From Chloroflexota bacterium (lineage in GTDB: Bacteria; Chloroflexota; UBA11872): DNA of 64,000 nt. The stretch spans positions 302,013 to 366,012 of the forward strand of contig CBDAOU010000001.1 in assembly GCA_965198185.1 (NCBI GenBank), given 5' to 3'. Shown here one piece after another: positions 1 to 9,645 of this stretch (its first letter is position 1; each line of letters opens with the position of its first letter). Both the position numbers and the translations under genes were made by a program. The notes beneath the pieces are model-generated. The model was not told the origin of the DNA. It saw only the letters and a program-made list of their open reading frames with translations, and ran no database searches.

Positions 1-1236
1 TTCGATCTCGCGCGCAACGGCGTCCGGGTTCTCATAGCCCACGTTGAGGGCGCGGCACTCATCCGGCGGAATCGCGGTTGCCAGGCGGACATCGATGCGC
101 GGTGTTTCGCGTCCGTTCACCAAGGGCGCATCGCCCTTGATCAAGACACCGAGCGTAAGCGCCAAGGGACTGACACCGTGGGGCTGCCAGGCCTCGGGAT
201 GGGCGAGGAGATAGGGCCATCCGTGGAGACCGACTTGGCTTATGGCGCGGCCGTGGTTGGCGGATATCTCCCGCACGGCCGGGGCGTACAGGACAAGCTC
301 GCCGCCGTCGGCCACTGTGTCGTCGCCCCGGAACACGCCCTTGGCGCCGGTCCAGAGCTCCGGGTACAGCCACGTGCCATCGGGCATGCGCGGCGTGGCC
401 GCCACCGCGCGCGAGACTTGGCGGGTGGTGTATCGGACGTTGACCTCGGCGCTCAACGCCGCCGCCGCGCGGGTGACCTCGCGCCACCCGTCGGGCTGCA
501 CGAACACGCCCCGCGTGGCTCCTGACGCATCGTCGACCACCAGGGCGATGCTGGTGATGGGAACCGGAACATGTCGGGCCATATCGTCGATCAGGTCGCG
601 CACGGGGTTGTCAAGTACGCCTTGAATGGCCCGCGCGCCGCGCAAGCTGCCAATGGTGTGAAGGAGGTTGATCATCTCGGGCCCCGAGACTCCGGGAAAA
701 ATCTGCTTGGCCCCACCCGCAAATCCCGCGCCCTCGTGCGGCTGGACGCGCGTGATGAGGACGACTCGGTCATAGTCGAGCAGGCGGCGATTGATCCGCA
801 CGGGCATGTCGCGGCTGAAGCCCAGCCCCGGCGCAAGGTCCCCGTATTCGCCGAAACGCGCCTGCTGTTCGGCCAGCGGTACGGAACCGATTTCGACCAA
901 GGCGTCGGCCCGTGCCCACTCGTGGTCGTAGATGGTGACCTCGGGGTAGGCGTCGGATCCGAACACCCACTGTGACTTGGCTGCCGTAGGCATCGACGCG
1001 TGGGTGCCCTGAGCAATCATGACGTCCACGGAAGCAACGCGCCCGCGCAGTGCCTGCCAGACGGCTCGAAAGGTCTGGCTCACCGGAAGCTTGCGGGTGT
1101 CGTCGGGCGCGAGAACGAGCACGCGGGAGGCATCAAGCGGGAGTCCGGCCAGCCCGTCCGCGATCACAGCCGCGGCATCTGGCGCCGTGACCACGGGCGA
1201 CGCCGTGGCCTGGAGCACCTGGGATCGGACGGTCAT
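1..1236 (-). CDS. LarA-like (DUF2088, lactate racemase family) protein, 3'-truncated by the window edge
   Basis: My own translation of the minus strand from ATG at 1236 runs to position 1 with no stop. Contains ...LITRVQPHEGAGFAGGAKQIFPGVSGPEMINLLH..., resembling the LarA/DUF2088 HFFAGFSGG motif. Start overlaps the pepF stop (ATGA at 1233-1236). Absent from the supplied ORF track because it has no stop inside the window. Confidence 0.55.
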   Translation of the reverse strand, partial: MTVRSQVLQATASPVVTAPDAAAVIADGLAGLPLDASRVLVLAPDDTRKLPVSQTFRAVWQALRGRVASVDVMIAQGTHASMPTAAKSQWVFGSDAYPEVTIYDHEWARADALVEIGSVPLAEQQARFGEYGDLAPGLGFSRDMPVRINRRLLDYDRVVLITRVQPHEGAGFAGGAKQIFPGVSGPEMINLLHTIGSLRGARAIQGVLDNPVRDLIDDMARHVPVPITSIALVVDDASGATRGVFVQPDGWREVTRAAAALSAEVNVRYTTRQVSRAVAATPRMPDGTWLYPELWTGAKGVFRGDDTVADGGELVLYAPAVREISANHGRAISQVGLHGWPYLLAHPEAWQPHGVSPLALTLGVLIKGDAPLVNGRETPRIDVRLATAIPPDECRALNVGYENPDAVAREIE

Positions 1237-3035
1237 GCGCCCCCGGAGGCCAGCGCCTCGGCCTGCGACACCATGTCGCCCAAGATTGCCACACCGCCCG
1301 ACCAGAAGCCTGGGTCGTTCAGATCAATGCCCATTGGGCGGACCAGCTCATCGGGCGAGACGGAGCCGCCACGGCTGAGCATCTCGGCGTAGGCCGGTGC
1401 AAAGGCGGCGCCCTGCGCGTCGTACACCTGGAGCAGCGCCAGGACCAGCAGCTCGCCAAACGCGTAGGCGTAGACGTAAAACGGCGAGTGCACGAAGTGC
1501 GGGATATAGCTCCACCAGGTGCGGTAGTCGTCCGTCAGGGTCACGGCGTCGCCGTGCATCGGCGCGTTGGCCTCGATCCACAGCTCGCTCAGGCGCTGGG
1601 CCGGCAGTTCGCCTTCGGCGCGTCGGGCTGCGTGCGCCGACTCCTCGAATCGGTGCATGACGATCTGCCGAAACACCGTGGCGAAGCTGTCTTCGATCTT
1701 GCTCGCCAGCAGCGATAGGCGCGCCGCGTCGGACGGCTGGGCCTCCAGCAGACGGCGAAAGACCAACATCTCGCCAAACACAGAGGCCGTCTCGGCCGTC
1801 GTCAAGGGCGTGTGCGATTGCAGATAGCCGACCCCACGCGACAGGAACTGGTGCGCTGCATGGCCCAGCTCGTGGGCAACAGTCATGACGTCGCGGATGC
1901 GGTCGGTGTAGTTGCAGAGCACGTAGGGGTGCGTCTGAGTCGTCGAGCCGGCGCTGAAGGCGCCGCCCCGCTTGCCCAGGCGCAGCTCCGCGTCGATCCA
2001 GCGCTCCTCGAACGCCCGTGACGCGATGCCGCCGAGTGTCTCCGAGAACGCGGCGTAGCTCTCGACCACGATCTCGCGGCAGCGGACCCATGAGTACACG
2101 GTGTCGTCGGCCTTGAGGGGCGCATAGCGGTCGTAGTCCAACAGTTCGTCGAGCCCAAGGAGACGCCGCTTGAGGCGGTAGTACCGCTGCACAATGCCGA
2201 ATCCGGCCTCGCAGGCGGCCACCAGCGCCTCGACGGCGGCCGGCTCGATCTCGTTGGCCAGATTCCGGGCGGCGATCGGCGTCGGGTAGTGCCGCAGCCG
2301 GTCGTCGATGGCGTGATCTTGCAGGCGGACGTTGAAGACGTAGGTCAGCGGATGCTGCTGGGCCGCCAGCGCCACGGTGAGGCCGGCGGCGGCGCTGCGG
2401 CGGGTGGCGCGGTCGGGGCTGTACAGCTGGGCCAGGGTCTCGGCTTCGGTCAGCGTGCGCCGCTCACCGTCAATCTCGACCTCGCAGGTGATGCGGCTGG
2501 TGATCTCGTCGAACAAGCGCGACCACGAGCGCGCGCCGGTGTTGGCCTTTTCATCCATCACCTGCTCTACGCCCTCGACCAGTCGGTGCGGCTTGGTGCG
2601 GCGCTCCCGCTCGAGGAGGTAGGCAAAGTCCGCCAGCAGCGGGTCTGCCATCAACTCCGCGGCGCGTTCGTCGTCCAGATGGACCCATTCCAGATCGAAG
2701 AAGATCAGGTGGCGGCGAATCTCGGTGCTGCGCGCCTGGGTGCTGTTGAGCAGCCGGCCGGCGGCGGGATCGTCGCTACGGGCCGCGTGCTGCAGATGCG
2801 CAAAGATCTCCGGCGCGTCCATGAGCTCGTAGATGTCTTGCAGCTCGCGAAGGGCCTCGCACAGGCCGGACGCGGGCAGCTCCGCAAGCCGGCCGCGATA
2901 GCGCGTGGCGAAGGCCTGAGCGCGGGTGTCGGCGGCGTCGTGGTCGCGCTGGATGCGTGGATCGTCGAGCCCGGCGTAGAGCGCGGACAGGTCCCACACC
3001 ACGCCGTCGGCGGAACTGGACGGCACGACGGTCAT
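1233..3035 (-). CDS. pepF: oligoendopeptidase F (M3B metallopeptidase)
   Basis: 600-aa product from internal Met MTVVPSSS... within the 798-aa ORF. HELGHAAH zinc motif and M3-family conservation throughout. The N-terminal 198 aa of the listed ORF are Arg/Ser-rich read-through of the upstream region. Confidence 0.85.
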   Translation of the reverse strand: MTVVPSSSADGVVWDLSALYAGLDDPRIQRDHDAADTRAQAFATRYRGRLAELPASGLCEALRELQDIYELMDAPEIFAHLQHAARSDDPAAGRLLNSTQARSTEIRRHLIFFDLEWVHLDDERAAELMADPLLADFAYLLERERRTKPHRLVEGVEQVMDEKANTGARSWSRLFDEITSRITCEVEIDGERRTLTEAETLAQLYSPDRATRRSAAAGLTVALAAQQHPLTYVFNVRLQDHAIDDRLRHYPTPIAARNLANEIEPAAVEALVAACEAGFGIVQRYYRLKRRLLGLDELLDYDRYAPLKADDTVYSWVRCREIVVESYAAFSETLGGIASRAFEERWIDAELRLGKRGGAFSAGSTTQTHPYVLCNYTDRIRDVMTVAHELGHAAHQFLSRGVGYLQSHTPLTTAETASVFGEMLVFRRLLEAQPSDAARLSLLASKIEDSFATVFRQIVMHRFEESAHAARRAEGELPAQRLSELWIEANAPMHGDAVTLTDDYRTWWSYIPHFVHSPFYVYAYAFGELLVLALLQVYDAQGAAFAPAYAEMLSRGGSVSPDELVRPMGIDLNDPGFWSGGVAILGDMVSQAEALASGGA

Positions 3036-3090
3036 CGCGAGACCTTCGGCGGATCCGGCGGATTGACCGCAGTTGCTGTGAGCACGGGGG

Positions 3091-4812
3091 CTACCCAGGC
3101 GGCGCGTCGGGGCTGAGCGCGGCGAGCAGCGCGTCGTGCTCCGCGCGGACTCGCGCCACGGCGTCCGCGGCCGCCACCTGCTTGCGGTCATCCTGGTGCC
3201 GCAGCTTGATCTCGACCGCGTCCGCCCGCACGGTGCGGCGGCTGACGGTGCAACGAATCGGTATGCCCAGAAGATCGGCATCGTTGAACTTAACGCCGGC
3301 GCTTTCGTCGCGTTCGTCGACCAATACCGTGAGTCCGGCCTCTTCGAGATCGTGGGCCAGGCGTTGCGCGGCCTCCTGCACCTCGGCCTGTCCCAGCTGC
3401 ACCACGTGCACGTCATAGGGCGCCACGCTGGCGGGCCAGATGATGCCGTGTTCGTCGTGGTGGAGCTCCACAATAGCCGCCGCCAGCCGCGTGATCCCGA
3501 TGCCGTAGGAGCCCATGACGATGGGCTGGGGAGACCCGCCTTCGGATAGAAACGTGGCATTGAGCTTGTCGCTGTAGTAGGCGCCAAACTTGAACGTGTT
3601 GCCAATTTCGATACCCGTCCGCAGCTCAAGCGCCGTGCCGCACTTCGGGCAAGGATCCCCGGCGGCGACGTCGGCGATATCAGCGACGAGATCAGCGGCG
3701 AAGTCGCGCGGGTAGTTCACGTTCAACAGGTGAACGCCGGGCATGTTGGCCCCGGCAACCAGATTGGCCGCGCACTGCACCGAGCGATCCACGACCACCA
3801 CGACCTGCTCCAACCCCACCGGCGAGGCATAGCCCGGCACAAGGCCGGCCGCGGCCAATTCTTGATCGGCTGCGAGACGAATGTCAGGGGCGCCCAGCGC
3901 CCGGCGCAGCTTGGCCTCGTTGACGTCCAGATCGCCGCGAATGGCCACAAACGCAATCTGGTCGCCGGTCCAATAGAACACGGCCTTGAGCGTGCGGCGG
4001 GTCGGGATGCCGAGATAGCCGGCCACGGCGGCGATCGTCTCCTGCCCGGGGGTTTCGACCTTCTCCAGGGGGAGCGGCTCGGCGTCGTCAGGCTGGGGCG
4101 GCTGGGTGGTCGCCACCTCCTGGTTGGCCCCGTAGTCTCCGGTCGGGCAGACCACAATCGTGTCCTCGCCGGCAGACGTCAGGGCGTGGAACTCGTCGGC
4201 GTCCGAGCCTCCCATGGCGCCCGCGTCCGACTCGACGACCAGCGGCTCGATCCCGCAGCGGCGGAATGCGCGCACATAGGCCGCGACGAACTGCTGATAG
4301 GTCGCGTCCAGACTCTCTAACGACGGGTCGAACGTATAGGCGTCCTTCATGGTGAATTCGCGGGTGCGCAACAGGCCGCCCCGCGGTCGAGGCTCGTCGC
4401 GGAACTTCGTTTGAAAGTGATAGACGCTGGCGGGGAGCTGTCGGTAGGAACCTACGAGGCGGGCGGCAAGATCGAGCGCAATCTCCTCGTGCGTGAGCGC
4501 CAGCACCATGTTGCGATCGCTGCGGTCCTTGAAGCGCACCAGCTCGGGCCCAAGCGAGGCAAAGCGTCCGGTGCGTTCCCAGAGGGTGGACGGATGCACC
4601 ACGGGCATGAGGAGCTCCTGGCAGCCGATGGCGTCCATTTCTTCGCGCACGACCTGCTCGATCCGTCGCAGGGTGCGCCAGCCCAACGGCAGATAGCTGA
4701 AGATGCCGGCGCCGAGGGGACGTATGAAGGCGCCGCGCACCATGAGCCGGTGGGACGCGATGGTGGCGTCGGAGGGGTCTTCACGCAGGGTGCGACCGAA
4801 CAGCGAGGACAT
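3091..4812 (-). CDS. proS: prolyl-tRNA synthetase (bacterial type, with editing insertion)
   Basis: Class II aaRS motifs (FRDEPRPRGGLLRTREFTMKDAYTF; GSYGIGITRL) and a C-terminal anticodon-binding domain. Start taken at MSSLFGRTL (ATG 4812). Confidence 0.9.
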   Translation of the reverse strand: MSSLFGRTLREDPSDATIASHRLMVRGAFIRPLGAGIFSYLPLGWRTLRRIEQVVREEMDAIGCQELLMPVVHPSTLWERTGRFASLGPELVRFKDRSDRNMVLALTHEEIALDLAARLVGSYRQLPASVYHFQTKFRDEPRPRGGLLRTREFTMKDAYTFDPSLESLDATYQQFVAAYVRAFRRCGIEPLVVESDAGAMGGSDADEFHALTSAGEDTIVVCPTGDYGANQEVATTQPPQPDDAEPLPLEKVETPGQETIAAVAGYLGIPTRRTLKAVFYWTGDQIAFVAIRGDLDVNEAKLRRALGAPDIRLAADQELAAAGLVPGYASPVGLEQVVVVVDRSVQCAANLVAGANMPGVHLLNVNYPRDFAADLVADIADVAAGDPCPKCGTALELRTGIEIGNTFKFGAYYSDKLNATFLSEGGSPQPIVMGSYGIGITRLAAAIVELHHDEHGIIWPASVAPYDVHVVQLGQAEVQEAAQRLAHDLEEAGLTVLVDERDESAGVKFNDADLLGIPIRCTVSRRTVRADAVEIKLRHQDDRKQVAAADAVARVRAEHDALLAALSPDAPPG

Positions 4813-4869
4813 TCGTTGCACAGGCGGCCTCACGACGATCAATGGCGGTCGCTCAGTGTATCGGCCAGC

Positions 4870-5526
4870 TCAGATCACGTAGTCGGGCGGGTCGCGCCGC
4901 TCACCGAGCTGCCGGATCGGCTGCCGCCGCACCGGCTCGCCTTGACGCTCCACATAGCTGGCGCGGGGTCCGACCACCGTCGAGCCGGGGGGCACGTCTT
5001 CGGTGACGATGGCGAGCGCGCCAATGCGGCTGCCGGCGCCAACCGTAACCGGCCCCAGAATGCTGGCTCCAACGCCGATGGTCACGCCGTCCTCGACGAT
5101 CGGGTGGCGCCGCTTGCCGCCGATGCCGTCATCACGCCACCACCCCGTGGCGCCCAACGTCACCTGGTGGTAGAGCATGACGTCATCCCCCACGCGCGCG
5201 GTTTCACCGATCACGACGCCGGAGCCGTGGTCGATGAAGAATCGACGGCCGATCACGGCGCCCGGATGGATCTCAATGCCGCCGGTGGCGAGGCGCGCGA
5301 ACTGGCTGATGGCCCGGGGCAGCACGGGCAGGCCGCGTACATACAGCCAATGGGCGATGCGATGGAAGAACAGCGCGTGCACGCTGGGATAGAGCAATAC
5401 CTCCAACACATTTCTCGCGGCTGGGTCTTTGTCGAGCACCACCCGCATCCACTCCGGCCCGCGACGCTTCTTGACCGGGGTTTCCCGCTTCTCGGCAGGG
5501 CCGCCATTTTCCGGGCTGATTCGCAA
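4870..5526 (-). CDS. cysE: serine O-acetyltransferase
   Basis: Hexapeptide-repeat acyltransferase. [27 protein letters not shown] matches the CysE signature. Confidence 0.8.
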   Translation of the reverse strand: MRISPENGGPAEKRETPVKKRRGPEWMRVVLDKDPAARNVLEVLLYPSVHALFFHRIAHWLYVRGLPVLPRAISQFARLATGGIEIHPGAVIGRRFFIDHGSGVVIGETARVGDDVMLYHQVTLGATGWWRDDGIGGKRRHPIVEDGVTIGVGASILGPVTVGAGSRIGALAIVTEDVPPGSTVVGPRASYVERQGEPVRRQPIRQLGERRDPPDYVI

Positions 5527-5542
5527 ACTCCCTCCAACGCGC

Positions 5543-5575
5543 GAGGAGCGCCCATCCCGAAGGACGGGCGCTCCC
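5543..5575. promoter_or_regulatory. near-perfect 13-bp-stem hairpin with CGAA loop in the cysE/5920 divergent intergenic region
   Basis: ggagcgcccatcc-cgaa-ggacgggcgctcc read directly. The sequence is palindromic, so the same hairpin forms on either strand. Confidence 0.3.
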
Positions 5576-5919
5576 GTGATTCCACCTTCCTGCGCTGCGG
5601 CCTCGCGGCACGCAACCTCAGCGGGTGCCGAGGCACCCTAGCCCGCTAACGGGGGCCAGCCGGCTCGGCCTACGCACGGCATTGCTTCGGCCGAGCGGCT
5701 CCCGAGGGCAATTCGCCGTCCAACGCGCACCGGCCTCGCACCGTCGCCGGCTCGCTGTCCGCATGAGGGACGGCTACTGGTCTCGCTCAACGCCGCACAC
5801 TTGTTTGTTCCCCGTACTTACGCCCCGAAAGCGCGGCTGTCAACCTTTAGGCGGCACCAATTGCCCCACTGGGGGCGGCGTAGAATGCCGGGCATGCGAA
5901 GACTGGCGGCGACGCAGCC

Positions 5920-6663
5920 ATGACGGCCAACGGTCGAGGCGGGCGGGCCCGAGCCCCTCACTCGGATACCGACGGCGCGGACCCAGGGCACGAGCAGGGA
6001 TCAATGGAGCGCTTTGCCGACGGTGGTCCGGGAACCAGTGAGACGCCGTGGGCGGGCCCTTCGTCCGGAGATCCTGAGCGTCCGCTGACGCTGCGCGAGA
6101 CCTGGGACGACTTCGCGCGGTGGCTGAGCCGCACACGCTGGCGACGGCCAATTGCCGCTGGCGCCCTCGTCATCACCGGCGCCCTCGCGTGGGCGGTTAT
6201 CTCGGTGATCGTGCCGTGGCCGGAAGGAATCCTCGGCACCGTGCAGCGAGTTTTGGCCATGGACGTTGGCTGGTCGCCGTTGCCCATTCCGGATGATCCG
6301 CGGCTCGCAGCCGATCTGAGCCTGGTGACGGCGGCCTGGGTCGGAGCGCCGCTGGTCCTGAGCGCGTTCTGGTTCGCCGCGGCGTATCACCTCGACCGCG
6401 AAAGCCGCCGGGCGTTCGGCGTGAGCCGCATCCCCGGCGTGCGCCACTCGACCGGCTACACGGCGATGGCCGTGCTGCTTGTGTTTCCGTTGATTGTGCT
6501 CGGCCTGGCCAGTGGCGCGTGGGGCGTGTTCATGCTCGGAACCTGGGCGATCACGTTCAGCGCCTGGGGACCCGCTGGGACACTGCTGGTGCTGCTGGCA
6601 GTCTTCGGACTCGTCGTGCGGCTGGCCAACGCGACGCTCGACCGTCGGGCGGGAGTGTCGTAG
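5920..6663 (+). CDS. hypothetical polytopic membrane protein
   Basis: 247-aa ORF with four or more hydrophobic helices (ALVITGALAWAVISVIV, VLLVFPLIVLGLASGAWGVFMLGTWAITF). No recognisable family. N-terminus may start later (MERFADGG). Confidence 0.5.
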   Translation: MTANGRGGRARAPHSDTDGADPGHEQGSMERFADGGPGTSETPWAGPSSGDPERPLTLRETWDDFARWLSRTRWRRPIAAGALVITGALAWAVISVIVPWPEGILGTVQRVLAMDVGWSPLPIPDDPRLAADLSLVTAAWVGAPLVLSAFWFAAAYHLDRESRRAFGVSRIPGVRHSTGYTAMAVLLVFPLIVLGLASGAWGVFMLGTWAITFSAWGPAGTLLVLLAVFGLVVRLANATLDRRAGVS

Positions 6664-7272
6664 CCCGACGCCGACCGCGCGAAACGGTGAGTCGGATCGG
6701 CCCACGCGCGCTCGCCCCGCACCCACGAAGCAGACCTGCGCCGACGTGCAACTAGGCTCGTTCAGCGACCGGCGGTTTTGCCGGGTGGCGCGCTATTCCT
6801 CGATGGTTGGCCCGAGGACTAGGCGATCGCTCTCGGGATCATCGACGAGCAAGAACTCAACCGTCGTCTCTCTGGTAACCATGAGCCGTAGCCGGTCACC
6901 AACTCGCTCACACCCCACCGCCTCTTCGGGTGTGACATCGACGCGACGACATGCGTCGGCGTATAGATCGCTCAGCGATACCCGCCGTCGTGTGGCCAAA
7001 TGAACTCTCCTCCCTCTGCAAAGTGCAAGGCTTGCACATCGCCCGCGCACCTTAGTCTGCCCAACCATACGCCGACCAGTCAGTCGCTGGGCAAGGATGG
7101 GGGGCGGGACAATGCGCGGCGGTCGGGGAAGCTGCTACAGTGTCGCGCGGCCTCGGGCGCGTGTAAATGTCGGCAGCGTCTAGTTGACTTGACATTGTGC
7201 GCGTGCGCCCACCGGGCGTGCGGGGTCGTTGAGACGCGGGGAGGCGTTGGGGTAGCTTTCGCTCGCCCATGA

Positions 7273-8550
7273 TTGGGGGCCTCCTTGAACAGCTTGCGTA
7301 GGTATCGGCTGTTCCTCACGCTGCTTGTTGGACCGGCGCTTGTCATCGCCATCATTGTGGTCCTGATCATCACCTTGTTTGGGGGCGATGGCGAGACGGG
7401 GACCCCCGATGACCCCGCCGCGCCAACCGCCACCGCTTCGCCAGGACCAGGCGGCACGCCGCCGCCCGTAGGGACCCCCACGCCGACGATTCAGGTGCTG
7501 GCAACCCAGACACCGGTCATCGTGGACACGCCGACCCCGACGGCACCGGCCGAACCCGCCGCAACGCCGACGCCAGCCGCGACGCCGACCCCCACCGGAC
7601 CCATCGAGCACACGGTCCAGCCAGATGAAACGCTGTCAGGTATCGCGGATACCTATGGTGTGCCCGTGGATGACATCGTCAGGTTCAACAACCTGTCGGA
7701 CGCCGAAACGATCTTCGTGGGACAGATCATCTTGATCCCGACGGATCCGAGCCAGCTCGAAGCAGTGCTTGAGTCGCGCCCCGTGACGACGACGGGGGTG
7801 GTGATTCCCAGCGATGGGCTCAACGTGCGCAACGAGCCCAACACCACCACCAGTACGGTGCAGTACGTCGCGCGCGCCGGGTCGCAACTCAACCTGTCGG
7901 GCGTCTTCCAGGATATCGACGGCATTCGGTGGCACGAGGTCGAGGACGGCAACTGGGTGCAGAGCCAGTATCTGGAGCTGGGCGCCGCGGCTGCCCCGGC
8001 CCCGGACACCGCGCCAGCTACGGGTGCGGCGCCGGCCACGGGCGCGGCGCAGACGGCGGTGGTGATTCCGAGCGATGGACTGAACGTGCGCGACGAGCCC
8101 AACACCGCCACCAGCACGGTGCAGTACGTCGCGGGCGGCGGAACCCAGATCAACCTCACGGGCGTGGTTCAGGAGATCAGCGGCATCCGTTGGCATGAGG
8201 TCGACGACGGCAACTGGGTGCAGGGCCAGTACCTTGAGCTGGGCGGAACGGCTGCTCCCGCCCCGGCCGCCACAGCGGCACCGGCGCAGACTGCCGCTCC
8301 GGCGGCAACTGCCGCAGCAACCGCGGCTGCCACCGAAGCGCCGAGCGACGACGAGCTCACGGCAGTGGTGGTGCCGGAAGGCGGGCTCAACGTGCGCACG
8401 GAACCGCGTGCCGACGGCGAAGTGGCGTATGTCGCGCCCGCAGGATCGCGGCTGCAGATGACCGGCGAGAACACCGTGGTCGACGGCGTGACCTGGTGGG
8501 AGCTTGAGGACGGGAACTGGGTCCAAGGCCAGTTCCTACGGTTCGGCTAG
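7273..8550 (+). CDS. secreted/membrane-anchored LysM domain protein with three SH3b-like repeats
   Basis: N-terminal TM helix, Pro/Thr-rich linker, LysM (TVQPDETLSGIADTYGVPVDDIVRFNNL), then three ~62-aa repeats each ending ...IRWHEVEDGNWVQ.QYLELG. Confidence 0.8.
   Translation: MGASLNSLRRYRLFLTLLVGPALVIAIIVVLIITLFGGDGETGTPDDPAAPTATASPGPGGTPPPVGTPTPTIQVLATQTPVIVDTPTPTAPAEPAATPTPAATPTPTGPIEHTVQPDETLSGIADTYGVPVDDIVRFNNLSDAETIFVGQIILIPTDPSQLEAVLESRPVTTTGVVIPSDGLNVRNEPNTTTSTVQYVARAGSQLNLSGVFQDIDGIRWHEVEDGNWVQSQYLELGAAAAPAPDTAPATGAAPATGAAQTAVVIPSDGLNVRDEPNTATSTVQYVAGGGTQINLTGVVQEISGIRWHEVDDGNWVQGQYLELGGTAAPAPAATAAPAQTAAPAATAAATAAATEAPSDDELTAVVVPEGGLNVRTEPRADGEVAYVAPAGSRLQMTGENTVVDGVTWWELEDGNWVQGQFLRFG
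7798..8547 (+). repeat. three in-frame ~186-nt tandem-dispersed repeats encoding the SH3b-like modules (7798-7983, 8059-8244, 8366-8547)
   Basis: Repeats 1 and 2 are roughly 85% identical at DNA level by eye. Repeat 3 is more diverged. Confidence 0.8.
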
Positions 8551-8628
8551 CCTCCCACGCGCAGGACGGCACGGCGGGCGTCGCGCCGGCGTTATCCGTC
8601 GCCTGGGGTCAGGCTCGGGCGCGGTGAC

Positions 8629-9645
8629 TCACCGAGCGCGCAGCCATCGATCCATGAAATCCAGCGGCGCCTGGGGCAGGAATTCGTGGCCCCCGTCGAA
8701 TTCGTCGCGGGCCAGGCGATCCGCCGCACCTGCCGCCGCGTAGATGGCCGCAAGATGCGCGTGGGCCTGCCGCGACGCCTCGATGTTGAATCCCCGATCG
8801 GACCGTCCCGCCTGGATGAGCAGCGGCCGCGGGGCGATGCACCCGTGAATGTCCGGCACATCGGCCAGGTCGTACACACCCGGTAGGAATTGGGAGCCGC
8901 AGAAGTTCCCGGCGTCAAGGGCATAGGCGCGGAAGGTGGTGAGATAGCCGCTCACCACAACGGCCGCCGGGCGCTCGTCGAGCGCCGCGAGATACATCGC
9001 GCGGGTGCCTCCAAACGAGAGTCCGGCGACGCCGATGCGGCTCGCGTCCACCTCGGGCCGGTCCTGGAGGAGATCGAGGGCGCGCTGGTCGTCCCAGAGG
9101 GCGAGGGTCATGAGGTTACGCCCGAAGAGGGCCAGCTTGAGAAAGTTGATGTTGCAGCCGTCGCGACCGCCGTAGCGCCGGAATCGCTCGCCGCGCTCGC
9201 CAAAGCCCGGAGCGTCGGGAGCCAGCACCACGTAGCCGCGCTGGGCGAAGCACTTTGCAAAGGCGTGGTAAATCCCGGCGGTGACGAGATCGTCCTTGCC
9301 TCCGCCGTGGCCGTGCAAGGCCAGGATGGCCGGCGCCGGATGGCGGGCGTCGACGCCGTCGGGTACGAGCAGATAGGCGGGCACGTCAACATCGGGCGCG
9401 GAGCGATACACGAGCTTGGTCTGCACGTAGCCGGGGCAGACGGTGCGCTCGACCTCGACGGGCTCAGGGTCGACCGGGGCGGGCAACGGTCCGAGGAGGC
9501 CCTTGATCGCCTCTCGCAGGTTGTCGCGCCACGCATTGAAGTCAAGGCCCGGCCGGAAGGCGTGGCTTGGTTGGTGCGCGGCGTCCAGCCGCATGAGTTG
9601 ATCGTCGAACGCGAACTGCCATTCCCGCGGCGCTGTGGCACTCAT
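8629..9645 (-). CDS. alpha/beta hydrolase (dienelactone hydrolase / acetyl-xylan-esterase-like)
   Basis: 338 aa from MSATAPREW. HGHGGGKDD and GLSFGG nucleophile elbow. Start overlaps the stop of the upstream TIM-barrel gene (ATGA). Confidence 0.7.
   Translation of the reverse strand: MSATAPREWQFAFDDQLMRLDAAHQPSHAFRPGLDFNAWRDNLREAIKGLLGPLPAPVDPEPVEVERTVCPGYVQTKLVYRSAPDVDVPAYLLVPDGVDARHPAPAILALHGHGGGKDDLVTAGIYHAFAKCFAQRGYVVLAPDAPGFGERGERFRRYGGRDGCNINFLKLALFGRNLMTLALWDDQRALDLLQDRPEVDASRIGVAGLSFGGTRAMYLAALDERPAAVVVSGYLTTFRAYALDAGNFCGSQFLPGVYDLADVPDIHGCIAPRPLLIQAGRSDRGFNIEASRQAHAHLAAIYAAAGAADRLARDEFDGGHEFLPQAPLDFMDRWLRAR

Noticed and set aside
1348-2091. 247-aa Arg/Pro-rich ORF antisense to pepF, and many similar ones (e.g. 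6001..6726, 7636..8526, 44922..46364, 46470..47183, 57830..59263, 32978..33964)
   Set aside because: They lie opposite or out-of-frame to strongly supported genes. They have extreme Arg/Pro/Gly composition typical of off-frame translation of high-GC DNA, and no family resemblance. Treated as artefacts.
6793-7068. 91-aa minus-strand ORF ending ...MVTRETTVEFLLVDDPESDRLVLGPTIEE
   Set aside because: The C-terminal 29 aa have a plausible composition and could be a real small protein. But there is no family match, no clear RBS, and the N-terminal part is Arg-rich junk. Left unannotated.
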